64,000 nt of DNA, taken from Nitrospirota bacterium (lineage in GTDB: Bacteria; Nitrospirota; Nitrospiria; SBBL01; JAADHI01). Both the position numbers and the translations under genes were made by a program. Shown piece by piece: positions 1 through 8,048 of this stretch. Where the stretch lies: contig JAJDBT010000113.1 in the NCBI GenBank assembly GCA_029261215.1, positions 2,308 to 66,307 on the forward strand. Direction: 5' to 3'. The notes under the pieces are model-generated. The model saw nothing but the letters and a program-made list of their open reading frames with translations. It was not told the DNA's origin and did not search any database. The first letter of the stretch is position 1, and each line of letters opens with the position of its first letter.

Positions 1-1334
1 ACAATAAAGAGCATTGCCCGACCTGTTAAAAATAACAATAAGATGGATACCGCAAGACCCGCCGCGACCGATGTGCCGAGCTTCCAGGAGCCTGCCTGCC
101 AGATGGCCAGTGCAATCCATCCCACCACCAAAGCGCCGATCAAATAAAGGCGATTCATGAAGTCTTTTCGTTGACTTTTGATTTCTAAAACCTCGACTTC
201 GTGGCGAAACACACGTGCCGGAGAGATATTTCCCACTACACGAAGCGGCCAGACCGAAAAAAGCAAGGTCGTCAAAAGGCCCATCGTTACCCCCTGAAAT
301 ACGGGTGCAGGGGCCAGTTCAAAAATAAATCCGGGAGGCAGAAAATCAGAAAGCAACCCGCTTAAAACAAAATAAATCCCGATGCCCAATGCAATGCCAA
401 TCACGCTGCCAATGCCGCCTAAAAGCAGCACCAGAAACAGGTAGATTTTTAAAATGGAGGACGAGGCCGTACCGAGGGATTTTAAGATGGCAATCGTTTC
501 AATGCGCTCCGTCAAAAAAGCATGCACATTTCCGCCAACGCCAATGCCGCCAATCATGAGCGTAATCAGGCCGACAAGTCCGAGATAGGTGGTGAAGTTA
601 TCCAGAAAACGCCGCAGACGCGGCTGAACCTCCCGATACGTTTTAATGCGGACACCTTCCTCTTGTAAATCCACTTCCAGTTTTTCTTTGAGGGCGTCCG
701 GCGACCACTGTCCTTCTGTTTTAATCAGCAGTTTACGGCGCACCCGGCTGCCGAGTTTCACCAAACCCGCGCGATCCAGCGCTTCTTTCGAAAGCAGCAC
801 CCTCGGCCCCAAACTAAAAGGTCCGGCGACTTTGTCCGGCTCCTTTTTGACCATGCCGCCGATGATAAAATCATGGTCGCCCAGACCGATCCGGTCGCCC
901 ACAGCAAGCTTGAGACGGAGCAGCAGTCCTTCCTCGACATAAACGGCATCCGGATTCTGAAAGGGATTGCTCACCGGAGGTTCAATCACCAGTCGTCCGT
1001 AAAATGGGTATCCTGGCTCGACGGCCTTGACCTCGACCAATTGCGTCTGTGTGCTCACGGGATTGGAGGCCATTCCGATGAGCTCCGCTATAAGAACGGC
1101 GCTGACGCCTTTTTCTTTTAATGGTTCAATAATGCTTTTTCCCGCATCGGACAAAGGCTGGGAAAGCCGTACCTCCAGATCGGCCGCAAGCAGGTTTTTG
1201 GCTTCATGCTGGGTCATGGCCTCAAAATTGGCGGCGATATTGCCGACACCGACAATCGATCCGACTCCGATGGCAATGGAAATCAGGAAAAACAGAAAAT
1301 GCCGCAAAGAACCACGGACTTCGCGGAGCACCAT
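1..1334 (-). CDS. ABC transporter permease, FtsX/YbbP-like (N-terminal part only; gene runs off the window start)
   Basis: My own minus-strand translation from ATG at 1334 gives MVLREVRGSLRHFLFFLISIAIGVGS..., then a large loop and an FtsX-type segment (ETIAILKSLGTASSSILKIYLF). The frame stays open to position 1. It starts 22 nt downstream of the ABC ATPase. It is absent from the ORF track because it is truncated. Confidence 0.75.
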   Translation of the reverse strand, partial: MVLREVRGSLRHFLFFLISIAIGVGSIVGVGNIAANFEAMTQHEAKNLLAADLEVRLSQPLSDAGKSIIEPLKEKGVSAVLIAELIGMASNPVSTQTQLVEVKAVEPGYPFYGRLVIEPPVSNPFQNPDAVYVEEGLLLRLKLAVGDRIGLGDHDFIIGGMVKKEPDKVAGPFSLGPRVLLSKEALDRAGLVKLGSRVRRKLLIKTEGQWSPDALKEKLEVDLQEEGVRIKTYREVQPRLRRFLDNFTTYLGLVGLITLMIGGIGVGGNVHAFLTERIETIAILKSLGTASSSILKIYLFLVLLLGGIGSVIGIALGIGIYFVLSGLLSDFLPPGFIFELAPAPVFQGVTMGLLTTLLFSVWPLRVVGNISPARVFRHEVEVLEIKSQRKDFMNRLYLIGALVVGWIALAIWQAGSWKLGTSVAAGLAVSILLLFLTGRAMLFI

Positions 1335-1356
1335 TTTGAATACAAATGAGGTGGAT

Positions 1357-2031
1357 TTATGTGTGGGTGTGTTCTTCAACGATTTCACCGTCCCGCAAGG
1401 TGATGATCCGATCCGCACGCTCGGCCAGGGCCATGTCGTGCGTCACCAGCACAAAAGTATTGCCCAAGTCCCGATGTAGGTCCAAAAGCAGATCAATGAC
1501 CCGTGTCCCGTTTTTTGAATCGAGGTTCCCTGTCGGCTCGTCCGCCAAAAGCAGCGCGGGTGATCCGGCATAGGCACGGGCGACGGCGACACGTTGCTGC
1601 TCCCCGCCCGAAAGCTGCACGGGATAATGATCAAACCTTGCTTCAAGTCCCACTGCGGTCATCAGACGTTTCGCTTCTTGTGCGGCGTTTGTTTTGCCTT
1701 GAAGCTCCAGCGGAATTTGCACGTTTTCAAGCGCGGTCATCGTCGGAATCAAATGAAAGGATTGAAAAACCATGCCAATTTTTTCACGGCGAAGTGTCGC
1801 CAGCGCGTCTTCAGAAAGTGTGGAAAGATCAATGCCGTCAATGACAATCGACCCGGCTGTAGGCCGGTCCAGTCCTGCCATCAAACCGAGCAATGTGGAT
1901 TTTCCGCTGCCGGAAGGGCCGACAATCGCCAGGAGTTCTTTTTGAGGGACATGAAGATAAATCTCTTTCAGAATGGTGACGGGCCGCCCTGCACTGGAGA
2001 GCGACATGGAGAGATTTTGAATATCGATCAT
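1357..2031 (-). CDS. ABC transporter ATP-binding protein (YbbA/LolD-like)
   Basis: Walker A GPSGSGKST, ABC signature LSGGEQQRVAVARA and Walker B LLLADEPTGNLD. It is followed by an FtsX-type permease. Confidence 0.88.
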   Translation of the reverse strand: MIDIQNLSMSLSSAGRPVTILKEIYLHVPQKELLAIVGPSGSGKSTLLGLMAGLDRPTAGSIVIDGIDLSTLSEDALATLRREKIGMVFQSFHLIPTMTALENVQIPLELQGKTNAAQEAKRLMTAVGLEARFDHYPVQLSGGEQQRVAVARAYAGSPALLLADEPTGNLDSKNGTRVIDLLLDLHRDLGNTFVLVTHDMALAERADRIITLRDGEIVEEHTHT

Positions 2032-2055
2032 CGGCCCGGCCCCCTCATGAAAGCA

Positions 2056-3222
2056 CTAGAAACGTTTGAATTGTTTGCTCAGGGACAATCCTTGAGACTG
2101 ATAGGATGAACCAATCTCGACACCGTAGGTTTTTTCGGGACGACCCAGAAGCTGCTCATAGATCAGACGACCGACAAACTGGCCGTCTTCAAGGAGAAAA
2201 GGGACTTCATGAGAGCGGACTTCAAGCACGGCGTGGGTGCCCTTGATATCATTATTCCCGTAGCCAAAACCCGGATCAAAAAAACCGGCATAATGAATTC
2301 TGAACTCTCCGACGGAAGGGTCATAGGCCACCATTTCTGCAGCAAAGGCAGGTGGAATCCGCACTTTTTCTTTTGAAAGCAGGATATAAAAGTCATCAGG
2401 GTTTAAGAGCAGGCCATCCGCCTTGGGGGCTGGAATCGGCTCCCAAAAATCGTTTGGATCGTAATAATTAATTTTACTTAGATCAATCAAAGGGGCGTGG
2501 TGCTTGGCCCGATATCCGATAATATCCGCCCCTGAAATACCCTGGAGGTCAATCGAAATACGTAAACCTTGCAATATGGTGGCGTCCACCGCTTCATCAT
2601 TGGCCATGTACACCAGGGTCTCTTCCCGATCGAGTTTATCCAGTTTATGATCGGAATGCGGCGGATCAAAACCCCGGATAAAACGAAGCTGATTGAGTTT
2701 TGTGCCTTCCCGAACCAGAACGCTAAAGGTGCGCGGAACCACTTCGACATACAAATCGCCCTTGTAACCGGCTTGAACCCGCTCAAACTCGGTGCCGTAA
2801 TCACTGATGAGCCGTGTAAACACATCCAATCGCCCGGTCGTGCTTTTCGGGTTGGCCCGTGCTGAAATTTCCTGCGGCAGGCGAAGCGTCTCCATCAGCG
2901 GGATAATATAGACACAGCCCTTTTCAAGGACAGCTGCACTGGAAAGATCAATCTCGTGCATTTTTAAGGCTTCAATTTTTCGCTTCACTGTGGAATTTCG
3001 GCCAGGCAAAAAGCTGGCCCGAACACGATAAGCAACTGCCCCCAGCCTTAAATCGATACTTGCAGGTTGAATTTGATCTTCCGAAAGACGTTGCGGCGCG
3101 CTGACATAGCCACTGTTAATTAATTCTTTAATTTTTTCTGCGGGCAGTACACCCTTGTTTTGAAATGCACTCAAATCCCGTTCGAGTTCCGGGAAAAGGT
3201 TGGCCATGTCGCCACTCATCAT
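2056..3222 (-). CDS. 2'-deoxycytidine 5'-triphosphate deaminase, long (about 390 aa) DCD-family form
   Basis: dCTP-deaminase-like N-terminus (LPAEKIKELINSGYV...IQPASIDLRLG) and about twice the length of classical Dcd, consistent with the long DCD family. Assignment is from motif memory. Confidence 0.65.
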   Translation of the reverse strand: MMSGDMANLFPELERDLSAFQNKGVLPAEKIKELINSGYVSAPQRLSEDQIQPASIDLRLGAVAYRVRASFLPGRNSTVKRKIEALKMHEIDLSSAAVLEKGCVYIIPLMETLRLPQEISARANPKSTTGRLDVFTRLISDYGTEFERVQAGYKGDLYVEVVPRTFSVLVREGTKLNQLRFIRGFDPPHSDHKLDKLDREETLVYMANDEAVDATILQGLRISIDLQGISGADIIGYRAKHHAPLIDLSKINYYDPNDFWEPIPAPKADGLLLNPDDFYILLSKEKVRIPPAFAAEMVAYDPSVGEFRIHYAGFFDPGFGYGNNDIKGTHAVLEVRSHEVPFLLEDGQFVGRLIYEQLLGRPEKTYGVEIGSSYQSQGLSLSKQFKRF

Positions 3223-3330
3223 TGAATCTCCATATGTCCACTTGAAGAAGAGGATCTTAACGGAAAAAAGACTTCTTTAGCAAGCCAAGGAGGGTTTGAA
3301 GTCCATTCAACGATCAGCTACACTATCCCT

Positions 3331-3987
3331 ATGCTTTACAGCTCAAGATATCGTTTTATCAGACTTATTCTTGTCCTTGGCTTTTTGTTTGCCTTTAATC
3401 CCTTTTCCACCTTACGCCCCTCGCTTGCCACAAAAGAACGGGTTATTGTCGCATTCGGGAACAGCCTGACAGCGGGCCTCGGCGTCCCTTCAGACCAGTC
3501 TTACCCGGCCTTGCTGGCTAAAAAATTAGGAGAAGAAGGATTTTCCTACAAGGTCATCAATGCCGGCGTCAGCGGAGAAACCACGGCGGGCGGGCTTCGG
3601 CGTGTGTCCTGGGTTTTAAAAAATCAGCCCGATGTGGTAATTTTGGAATTGGGCGCAAACGATGGTCTGCGCGGTTTAAATCTAAAAGAAATGGAGAAAA
3701 ACCTGGCGCGGATTATTCAGCAATTGCAGGAAAACAAGGTTGAAGTCATTCTCGCAGGCATGAAAATTCCGCCCAACTATGGCACACGATACACAAGTGC
3801 CTTTGAAGCAATTTACCCCAAACTCGCAACACGGTTTAAGATTTCCCTGATTCCCTTTTTTCTGGAAGGCGTTGCCACAAAACCGGACTTAAACCAGGCA
3901 GATGGCATTCATCCTACGGCGCAGGGTTACGAAGTGATTCTTAAAGAAATTTGGCCTATTATCCTAAAAGTCATTGAAGAAAAATAA
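3331..3987 (+). CDS. tesA: SGNH/GDSL hydrolase, TesA-like arylesterase/lysophospholipase with signal peptide
   Basis: Block I VAFGNSLTAGLG (Asn replaces the usual Asp of GDSL; Ser nucleophile present), block III GANDGLRG and block V DGIHPT. Hydrophobic N-terminus. Confidence 0.7.
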   Translation: MLYSSRYRFIRLILVLGFLFAFNPFSTLRPSLATKERVIVAFGNSLTAGLGVPSDQSYPALLAKKLGEEGFSYKVINAGVSGETTAGGLRRVSWVLKNQPDVVILELGANDGLRGLNLKEMEKNLARIIQQLQENKVEVILAGMKIPPNYGTRYTSAFEAIYPKLATRFKISLIPFFLEGVATKPDLNQADGIHPTAQGYEVILKEIWPIILKVIEEK

Positions 3988-3990
3988 CGT

Positions 3991-5226
3991 TTAGAGCGCC
4001 TCCACCAGTTTTTTTGTCCATGCAGCGGCTTCCTGCTCTGCAGAAAACAACCTCGACAAATCCAATTGACATTGATCCACCAATGTCTCAACTGCCAAAT
4101 AATCAGACTGCTCAACCTTTTCGACAAGCATGAGCAGACGGCCCAAGTCTCCTTTTCGTTCGAGCAAGGCCTCAGAGATGGGATCGGCCAGGGTAAGATC
4201 CGCCAAAACTTCCGACATGGGCCGAAGGAGCAGGGCATCAATTAACGACAAAATCCCCGTCATAAATGCCATATCGACTTCTTTTTTCTCTCCACCCAGG
4301 GCACCTTTTTGAACGAGAAGTTCCATAAAACGGCCTCTCATCACAGCGGTCTGCAATAAGGGGTTTTGTTGTCCAGGCGTATCTCCGTAAGTAAATAGCA
4401 GCACCTGGGCCCATCGGTTCAGCTGGGCTCTCCCCAGAAGCACGATGGCCTGACGAATGGTTTCAATTTGAGTTCGGATATTCAGTGCAGCAGAATTGAC
4501 AAGACGCAGCAAATGATAACTCAAGGAGGGACTGGCGTGAAATGTTTCTTCTATTTCGCTTAATTCTGCATCCCGTGAAACCTGATACATCAACTTCATG
4601 ACAGAGACACTCGAAGGGTCAATTTTTTTACCGCCGACAATCGATGGGCGTTCAAAATAATAGCCTTGAAATAACTCAAAACCCAATGCCCGCGTCCGAT
4701 CAAATTGATACATATCCTCGACTTTTTCCGCCAAAAAGGTCAGAGGCCAACGTTTGAGCGGCACTAGCATTTCTTCAATGAATTCCGGGCTTACGGTCAT
4801 CAAATCAAATTTGATGATATCAATAGATTCAAAAATGGCTTGATAAGTGGGTTTATAGATAAAGTTAGACAAAGCCAGGGTATACCCCATTGCTTTTAAA
4901 GACTTACAGCGATTGAGCACCCTTTGGTTCATTTCAATGCTTTCAAGCAATTCGATGACCATTTGCGCTCTTGGGAATAATTCGATCCAATCGCTCATTA
5001 AGATTTCACTGTTCACCTTCAAAAAAATCTTATGGCGATTCCCGACAACCTCTTCCAGTCCAAAATCATACAAGGTTTCCATGATGCCATCGACAGAGCT
5101 TTGCTCAGTGCACAACAGATTGGAACCAGCGTTCTGATCAGAACGCAGCAGCACTTCAAATCCGTGCAGCTGATTTTTAAGATCCAGAATGGGTTGTCTG
5201 CTAATATAAATTTTTTCACTCACCAT
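3991..5226 (-). CDS. EAL-like plus HDOD domain signalling protein (COG3434-type)
   Basis: N-terminal EAL-like motifs (QPILD...FEVLLR, AEKVE, QGYYFERP) with LALSNF where DDFG is expected. The C-terminal half is HDOD-like (HLLRLVNSAALN..., LLFTYG). Confidence 0.7.
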   Translation of the reverse strand: MVSEKIYISRQPILDLKNQLHGFEVLLRSDQNAGSNLLCTEQSSVDGIMETLYDFGLEEVVGNRHKIFLKVNSEILMSDWIELFPRAQMVIELLESIEMNQRVLNRCKSLKAMGYTLALSNFIYKPTYQAIFESIDIIKFDLMTVSPEFIEEMLVPLKRWPLTFLAEKVEDMYQFDRTRALGFELFQGYYFERPSIVGGKKIDPSSVSVMKLMYQVSRDAELSEIEETFHASPSLSYHLLRLVNSAALNIRTQIETIRQAIVLLGRAQLNRWAQVLLFTYGDTPGQQNPLLQTAVMRGRFMELLVQKGALGGEKKEVDMAFMTGILSLIDALLLRPMSEVLADLTLADPISEALLERKGDLGRLLMLVEKVEQSDYLAVETLVDQCQLDLSRLFSAEQEAAAWTKKLVEAL

Positions 5227-5330
5227 ACGATTTACCTATATTTCCTGATTCAAGCACAACATGGTGTCTGAATCAGACCTTTAAATACATTGTGGATGTT
5301 AGAAAACAATCACGCCTCTCCCCTGTCACA

Positions 5331-6014
5331 TTATTTTAAAAATAAAATATCGACCCTTCTGTTTTTTGCTCGATTTGATGCGGTGTCATTTGAGACGAGC
5401 GGGCGGCTGTCGCCATATCCCGCCACAGAAAAACGTTCCGGTTTTAGTTTTTGATCTTTTAACATGTAGCGGACAACACTCCCGGCACGCGCCACAGAAA
5501 GATCCCAATTTGAATGAAAACGCGGTGTCGAAATGGCTTGATTGTCAGTATGTCCGCCGACTTGAATCCCATAGGTGGCTCCCTGGGTGATTCGGACAAT
5601 TTCATCCAAAACCTCTTCCGCTTCATGCCGCAGGTTTGCTTCACCCGAATAAAACAAGATCTCGCTCGATACCGAAATAATTACACCTTCTTTTTCCCGC
5701 CTTAACTCCACTTTTCCTTGAAGCCGCGTGGTGTCGAACATTTTTTTGACTTCCGAAGGAGAAAATTGTTTCATGACACGAGGATCAAACAAGCCGGATT
5801 CTGGCGGCATGACGGGCATATCGGTTCCTGACCGGAGCACCCCAATCCCCCCCTGGCGAAAATAACCTAATGTTTCTTCCAACTTTCCCTGGTCTACGGA
5901 TTTCATGGCAAAAAGCAGCACAAAGAAAGTCAGCATCAAACTCAGCAGGTCGGCAAAAGTCGCCATCCACGCGTCGGTATCCTCCTTTTCCTCTACCTTT
6001 TTTTGTCGCCCCAT
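5331..6014 (-). CDS. motB: Flagellar stator protein MotB (OmpA-like peptidoglycan-binding C-terminus)
   Basis: N-terminal TM WMATFADLLSLMLTFFVLLFA carries the conserved channel Asp. OmpA-like C-terminus GGHTDN...NWDLSVARA...NRRVDILF. Its start abuts the stop of the upstream paralogue. Confidence 0.85.
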   Translation of the reverse strand: MGRQKKVEEKEDTDAWMATFADLLSLMLTFFVLLFAMKSVDQGKLEETLGYFRQGGIGVLRSGTDMPVMPPESGLFDPRVMKQFSPSEVKKMFDTTRLQGKVELRREKEGVIISVSSEILFYSGEANLRHEAEEVLDEIVRITQGATYGIQVGGHTDNQAISTPRFHSNWDLSVARAGSVVRYMLKDQKLKPERFSVAGYGDSRPLVSNDTASNRAKNRRVDILFLK

Positions 6015-6713
6015 TTACTCCGCAGCCTCAAGCAATACGATACGAACCCGTCGATTTTTTGCCCTGTTCTTAGGGCGGTCATTGGGTACAACGGGTCTAA
6101 ACTCACTGAAGCCCACAGCCGTCATGCGGCTGGCCGATATCTTTTTTTCATTCTGGAGATACTGCAAAACAGCCGCCGCACGAGAAGCGGAAAGTTCCCA
6201 GTTCGATGGAAATTTCAAACTGGCCACCGGAATATTATCGGTATACCCTTCAATCCTTATAGGATATGGATATTTTTCTATGATTCGCCCCACTTCAGAC
6301 AATAAATGTTTTGATTCCCCTCGAAGAACGGCCTCGCCTGAAGGAAAAAGAAATTTTTCTGCCACATGGATAATCAGGTCATCGCCCTCTTTCGTAATCA
6401 TCGTTTCTTCATCATAGGCATTTTCAGAAATCATCCGCGTAAATTCCCTGCCCACAGAAAGATGGGATTCACCAAAAGAAAGCATCGGCGCACCCGGAAC
6501 TAGGATTTTCTTCCCTTCACTCAGGTGAAGACCGCTGGGCAGCATCCCAAATGTACCCGCCAGTGATCCGAGCGCTTTTTTTATTTTTTTGTCATCATCC
6601 ACTCCAATCGAATTCAAATAGACAAAGAAAATAACCAGGATGAGGTTCAATGAAACCATCATCACCATGAGTCCAGATTTTGCCTCTTCGTCTTCCTGTT
6701 TCTTTCTTCCCAT
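6015..6713 (-). CDS. MotB-like paralogue with no acidic residue in the TM helix
   Basis: Same architecture as MotB (basic N-terminus, one TM, OmpA-like EGYTDN...NWELSASRA...NRRVRIVLL), but the TM reads LMVMMVSLNLILVIFFVYL with no Asp or Glu. Confidence 0.7.
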   Translation of the reverse strand: MGRKKQEDEEAKSGLMVMMVSLNLILVIFFVYLNSIGVDDDKKIKKALGSLAGTFGMLPSGLHLSEGKKILVPGAPMLSFGESHLSVGREFTRMISENAYDEETMITKEGDDLIIHVAEKFLFPSGEAVLRGESKHLLSEVGRIIEKYPYPIRIEGYTDNIPVASLKFPSNWELSASRAAAVLQYLQNEKKISASRMTAVGFSEFRPVVPNDRPKNRAKNRRVRIVLLEAAE

Positions 6714-6748
6714 GATGCTTTATCCGACCCTCATGCTGAGCAAATCCA

Positions 6749-7516
6749 TTATGCTTCTGCCGCGACGCTTCGATGGCTGGGTGATAAAAAGACCTGAAGT
6801 TTTTGCTCCATGACCCTTGGGTTTTCACCCGAGGCAATGGATAAGATTCCTTCTAAAATGAGTTCCTTCACGAGCATTTCTTCTTTATTTCTCTTTTTGA
6901 GTTTTCCCGCCATCGGTAAAAAGATCAGGTTTGCCGTCAGTGCGCCGTAAAACGTCGTGATCAATGCCACCGCCATGGCAGGACCAATTTTACTCGGGTC
7001 ATCCAGCTTTTGAAGCATTTGCACGAGACCAATCAGTGTTCCGATCATCCCTAATGCAGGCGCAAATGTGGCAAGGGTCGTGAGGATTTCCGCCCCCAGT
7101 TTATGCCGATCTTCGACGTAGTCCACCTCTTTTTCCAACACGGATTGAATGGAGCTGACTTCAATCCCGTCAATGAGCATTTGCATCCCTTTTGAGAGAA
7201 ACCCGTCTTTGATGTCTTTGATCATGGGTTCGATGGAAAGAATGCCTCCGGTACGGTTTTTATTGGCCATATCCACAAGTATTTCAATGAGTTCGCTGCC
7301 CGATTGCAGTTTAAACAAAAAGACATTTTTCACGACCTTGACCACGCTGAAGAAATCTTTTAGAGGGTAATTGATCAGCGTCACCCCTACCGTCCCTCCA
7401 AGCACAATCGCGGCCGAAGCCGCATCCCAGAAAATAAGCAAAGTCCCCCCGCTTAAAATACCGAAAAGGACAAGCCCAAAAGCAACGACTACACCGATGA
7501 GTGATGCGAGATCCAT
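6749..7516 (-). CDS. motA: Flagellar stator protein MotA/PomA
   Basis: 255 aa with four TM segments and the MotA/TolQ/ExbB signature (ATFAPALGMIGTLIGLV...AVALITTFYGALTANLIFLP). Confidence 0.88.
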   Translation of the reverse strand: MDLASLIGVVVAFGLVLFGILSGGTLLIFWDAASAAIVLGGTVGVTLINYPLKDFFSVVKVVKNVFLFKLQSGSELIEILVDMANKNRTGGILSIEPMIKDIKDGFLSKGMQMLIDGIEVSSIQSVLEKEVDYVEDRHKLGAEILTTLATFAPALGMIGTLIGLVQMLQKLDDPSKIGPAMAVALITTFYGALTANLIFLPMAGKLKKRNKEEMLVKELILEGILSIASGENPRVMEQKLQVFLSPSHRSVAAEA

Positions 7517-7586
7517 CTAATCCTCTCTTTCAGCCAATCTATCCGTGAACAGGTCGACACGTATCAACAGGCGATTTTCAACAAAG

Positions 7587-7988
7587 TTACCCCATTGATT
7601 CATTTCTAAGCTGATCAAGATGGGTATTAATTTCAGTTTCGATCTTTTCAACATGCGTATCCGCGTTATAAAGCACTAACTTCTGGAGATGTCCGTAACT
7701 CTCAAGACCAAGATGACTGACAAATTGCACCCCCATGCCCAATGCATTGGTATAGACCACCCTCACCTTCGAATGGACAAGCACCTCGTTGTCGCTGCCA
7801 GGCACAAAGAGCCTCACGATACATTCAGATCCGGCCAGATAGGGTGTTTCCAAATGCACAAAAAGGCCACTGATGCTAATGTTCTCGGTTTTCCCAGTTC
7901 GTATCTGGTGATCGGAGAGACGTTCCATTTCAAGGTCTATTTTCAAAGATATCCGGGTATAGCCTCTTACGTTGATATCAGCATTCAT
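7587..7988 (-). CDS. Stand-alone PilZ domain protein (putative c-di-GMP receptor)
   Basis: It has both c-di-GMP binding motifs: RxxxR (RGYTR) and N-x-S-x-x-G (NISISG). 133 aa, located directly upstream of motA. Confidence 0.75.
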   Translation of the reverse strand: MNADINVRGYTRISLKIDLEMERLSDHQIRTGKTENISISGLFVHLETPYLAGSECIVRLFVPGSDNEVLVHSKVRVVYTNALGMGVQFVSHLGLESYGHLQKLVLYNADTHVEKIETEINTHLDQLRNESMG

Positions 7989-8048
7989 ACAGTAATCTCC
8001 AATAACGATCCTCTCATATTCATAGTGTTCGGGGTCCCCGACTTTAGA

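Noticed and set aside
646-1573. Several plus-strand ORFs (646-942, 873-1121, 1027-1479, 1346-1573) in the ORF track
   Set aside because: They lie antisense to a continuous minus-strand FtsX-type permease/ABC ATPase reading frame with clear family motifs. Their products are low-complexity, Ser/Arg/Pro-rich and match no known motifs.
5245-5276. Inverted repeat CTGATTCA-N16-TGAATCAG between motB and the EAL-HDOD gene as a terminator
   Set aside because: The stem is 8 bp with a 16-nt loop and no U-tract on the minus strand, so it is not a convincing intrinsic terminator. I kept it only as a possible operator in the EAL-HDOD finding.
7517-7586. Possible sigma-28 promoter before motA (GTTGATAC as the -10 element)
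   Set aside because: Only 5 of 8 positions match in the -10 element, and the -35 position reads TAAC with 17-nt spacing. This is too weak, so motA is more simply co-transcribed with pilZ.
8029-8041. Palindrome TCGGGG-T-CCCCGA between cheZ and pilZ, and a nearby TAAAG that could hint at a sigma-28 promoter
   Set aside because: A one-nucleotide loop cannot form a real hairpin, and no U-tract follows on the minus strand. The sequence 15-16 nt downstream of TAAAG (CACTATGA) does not resemble GCCGATAA. A protein-binding site cannot be excluded.
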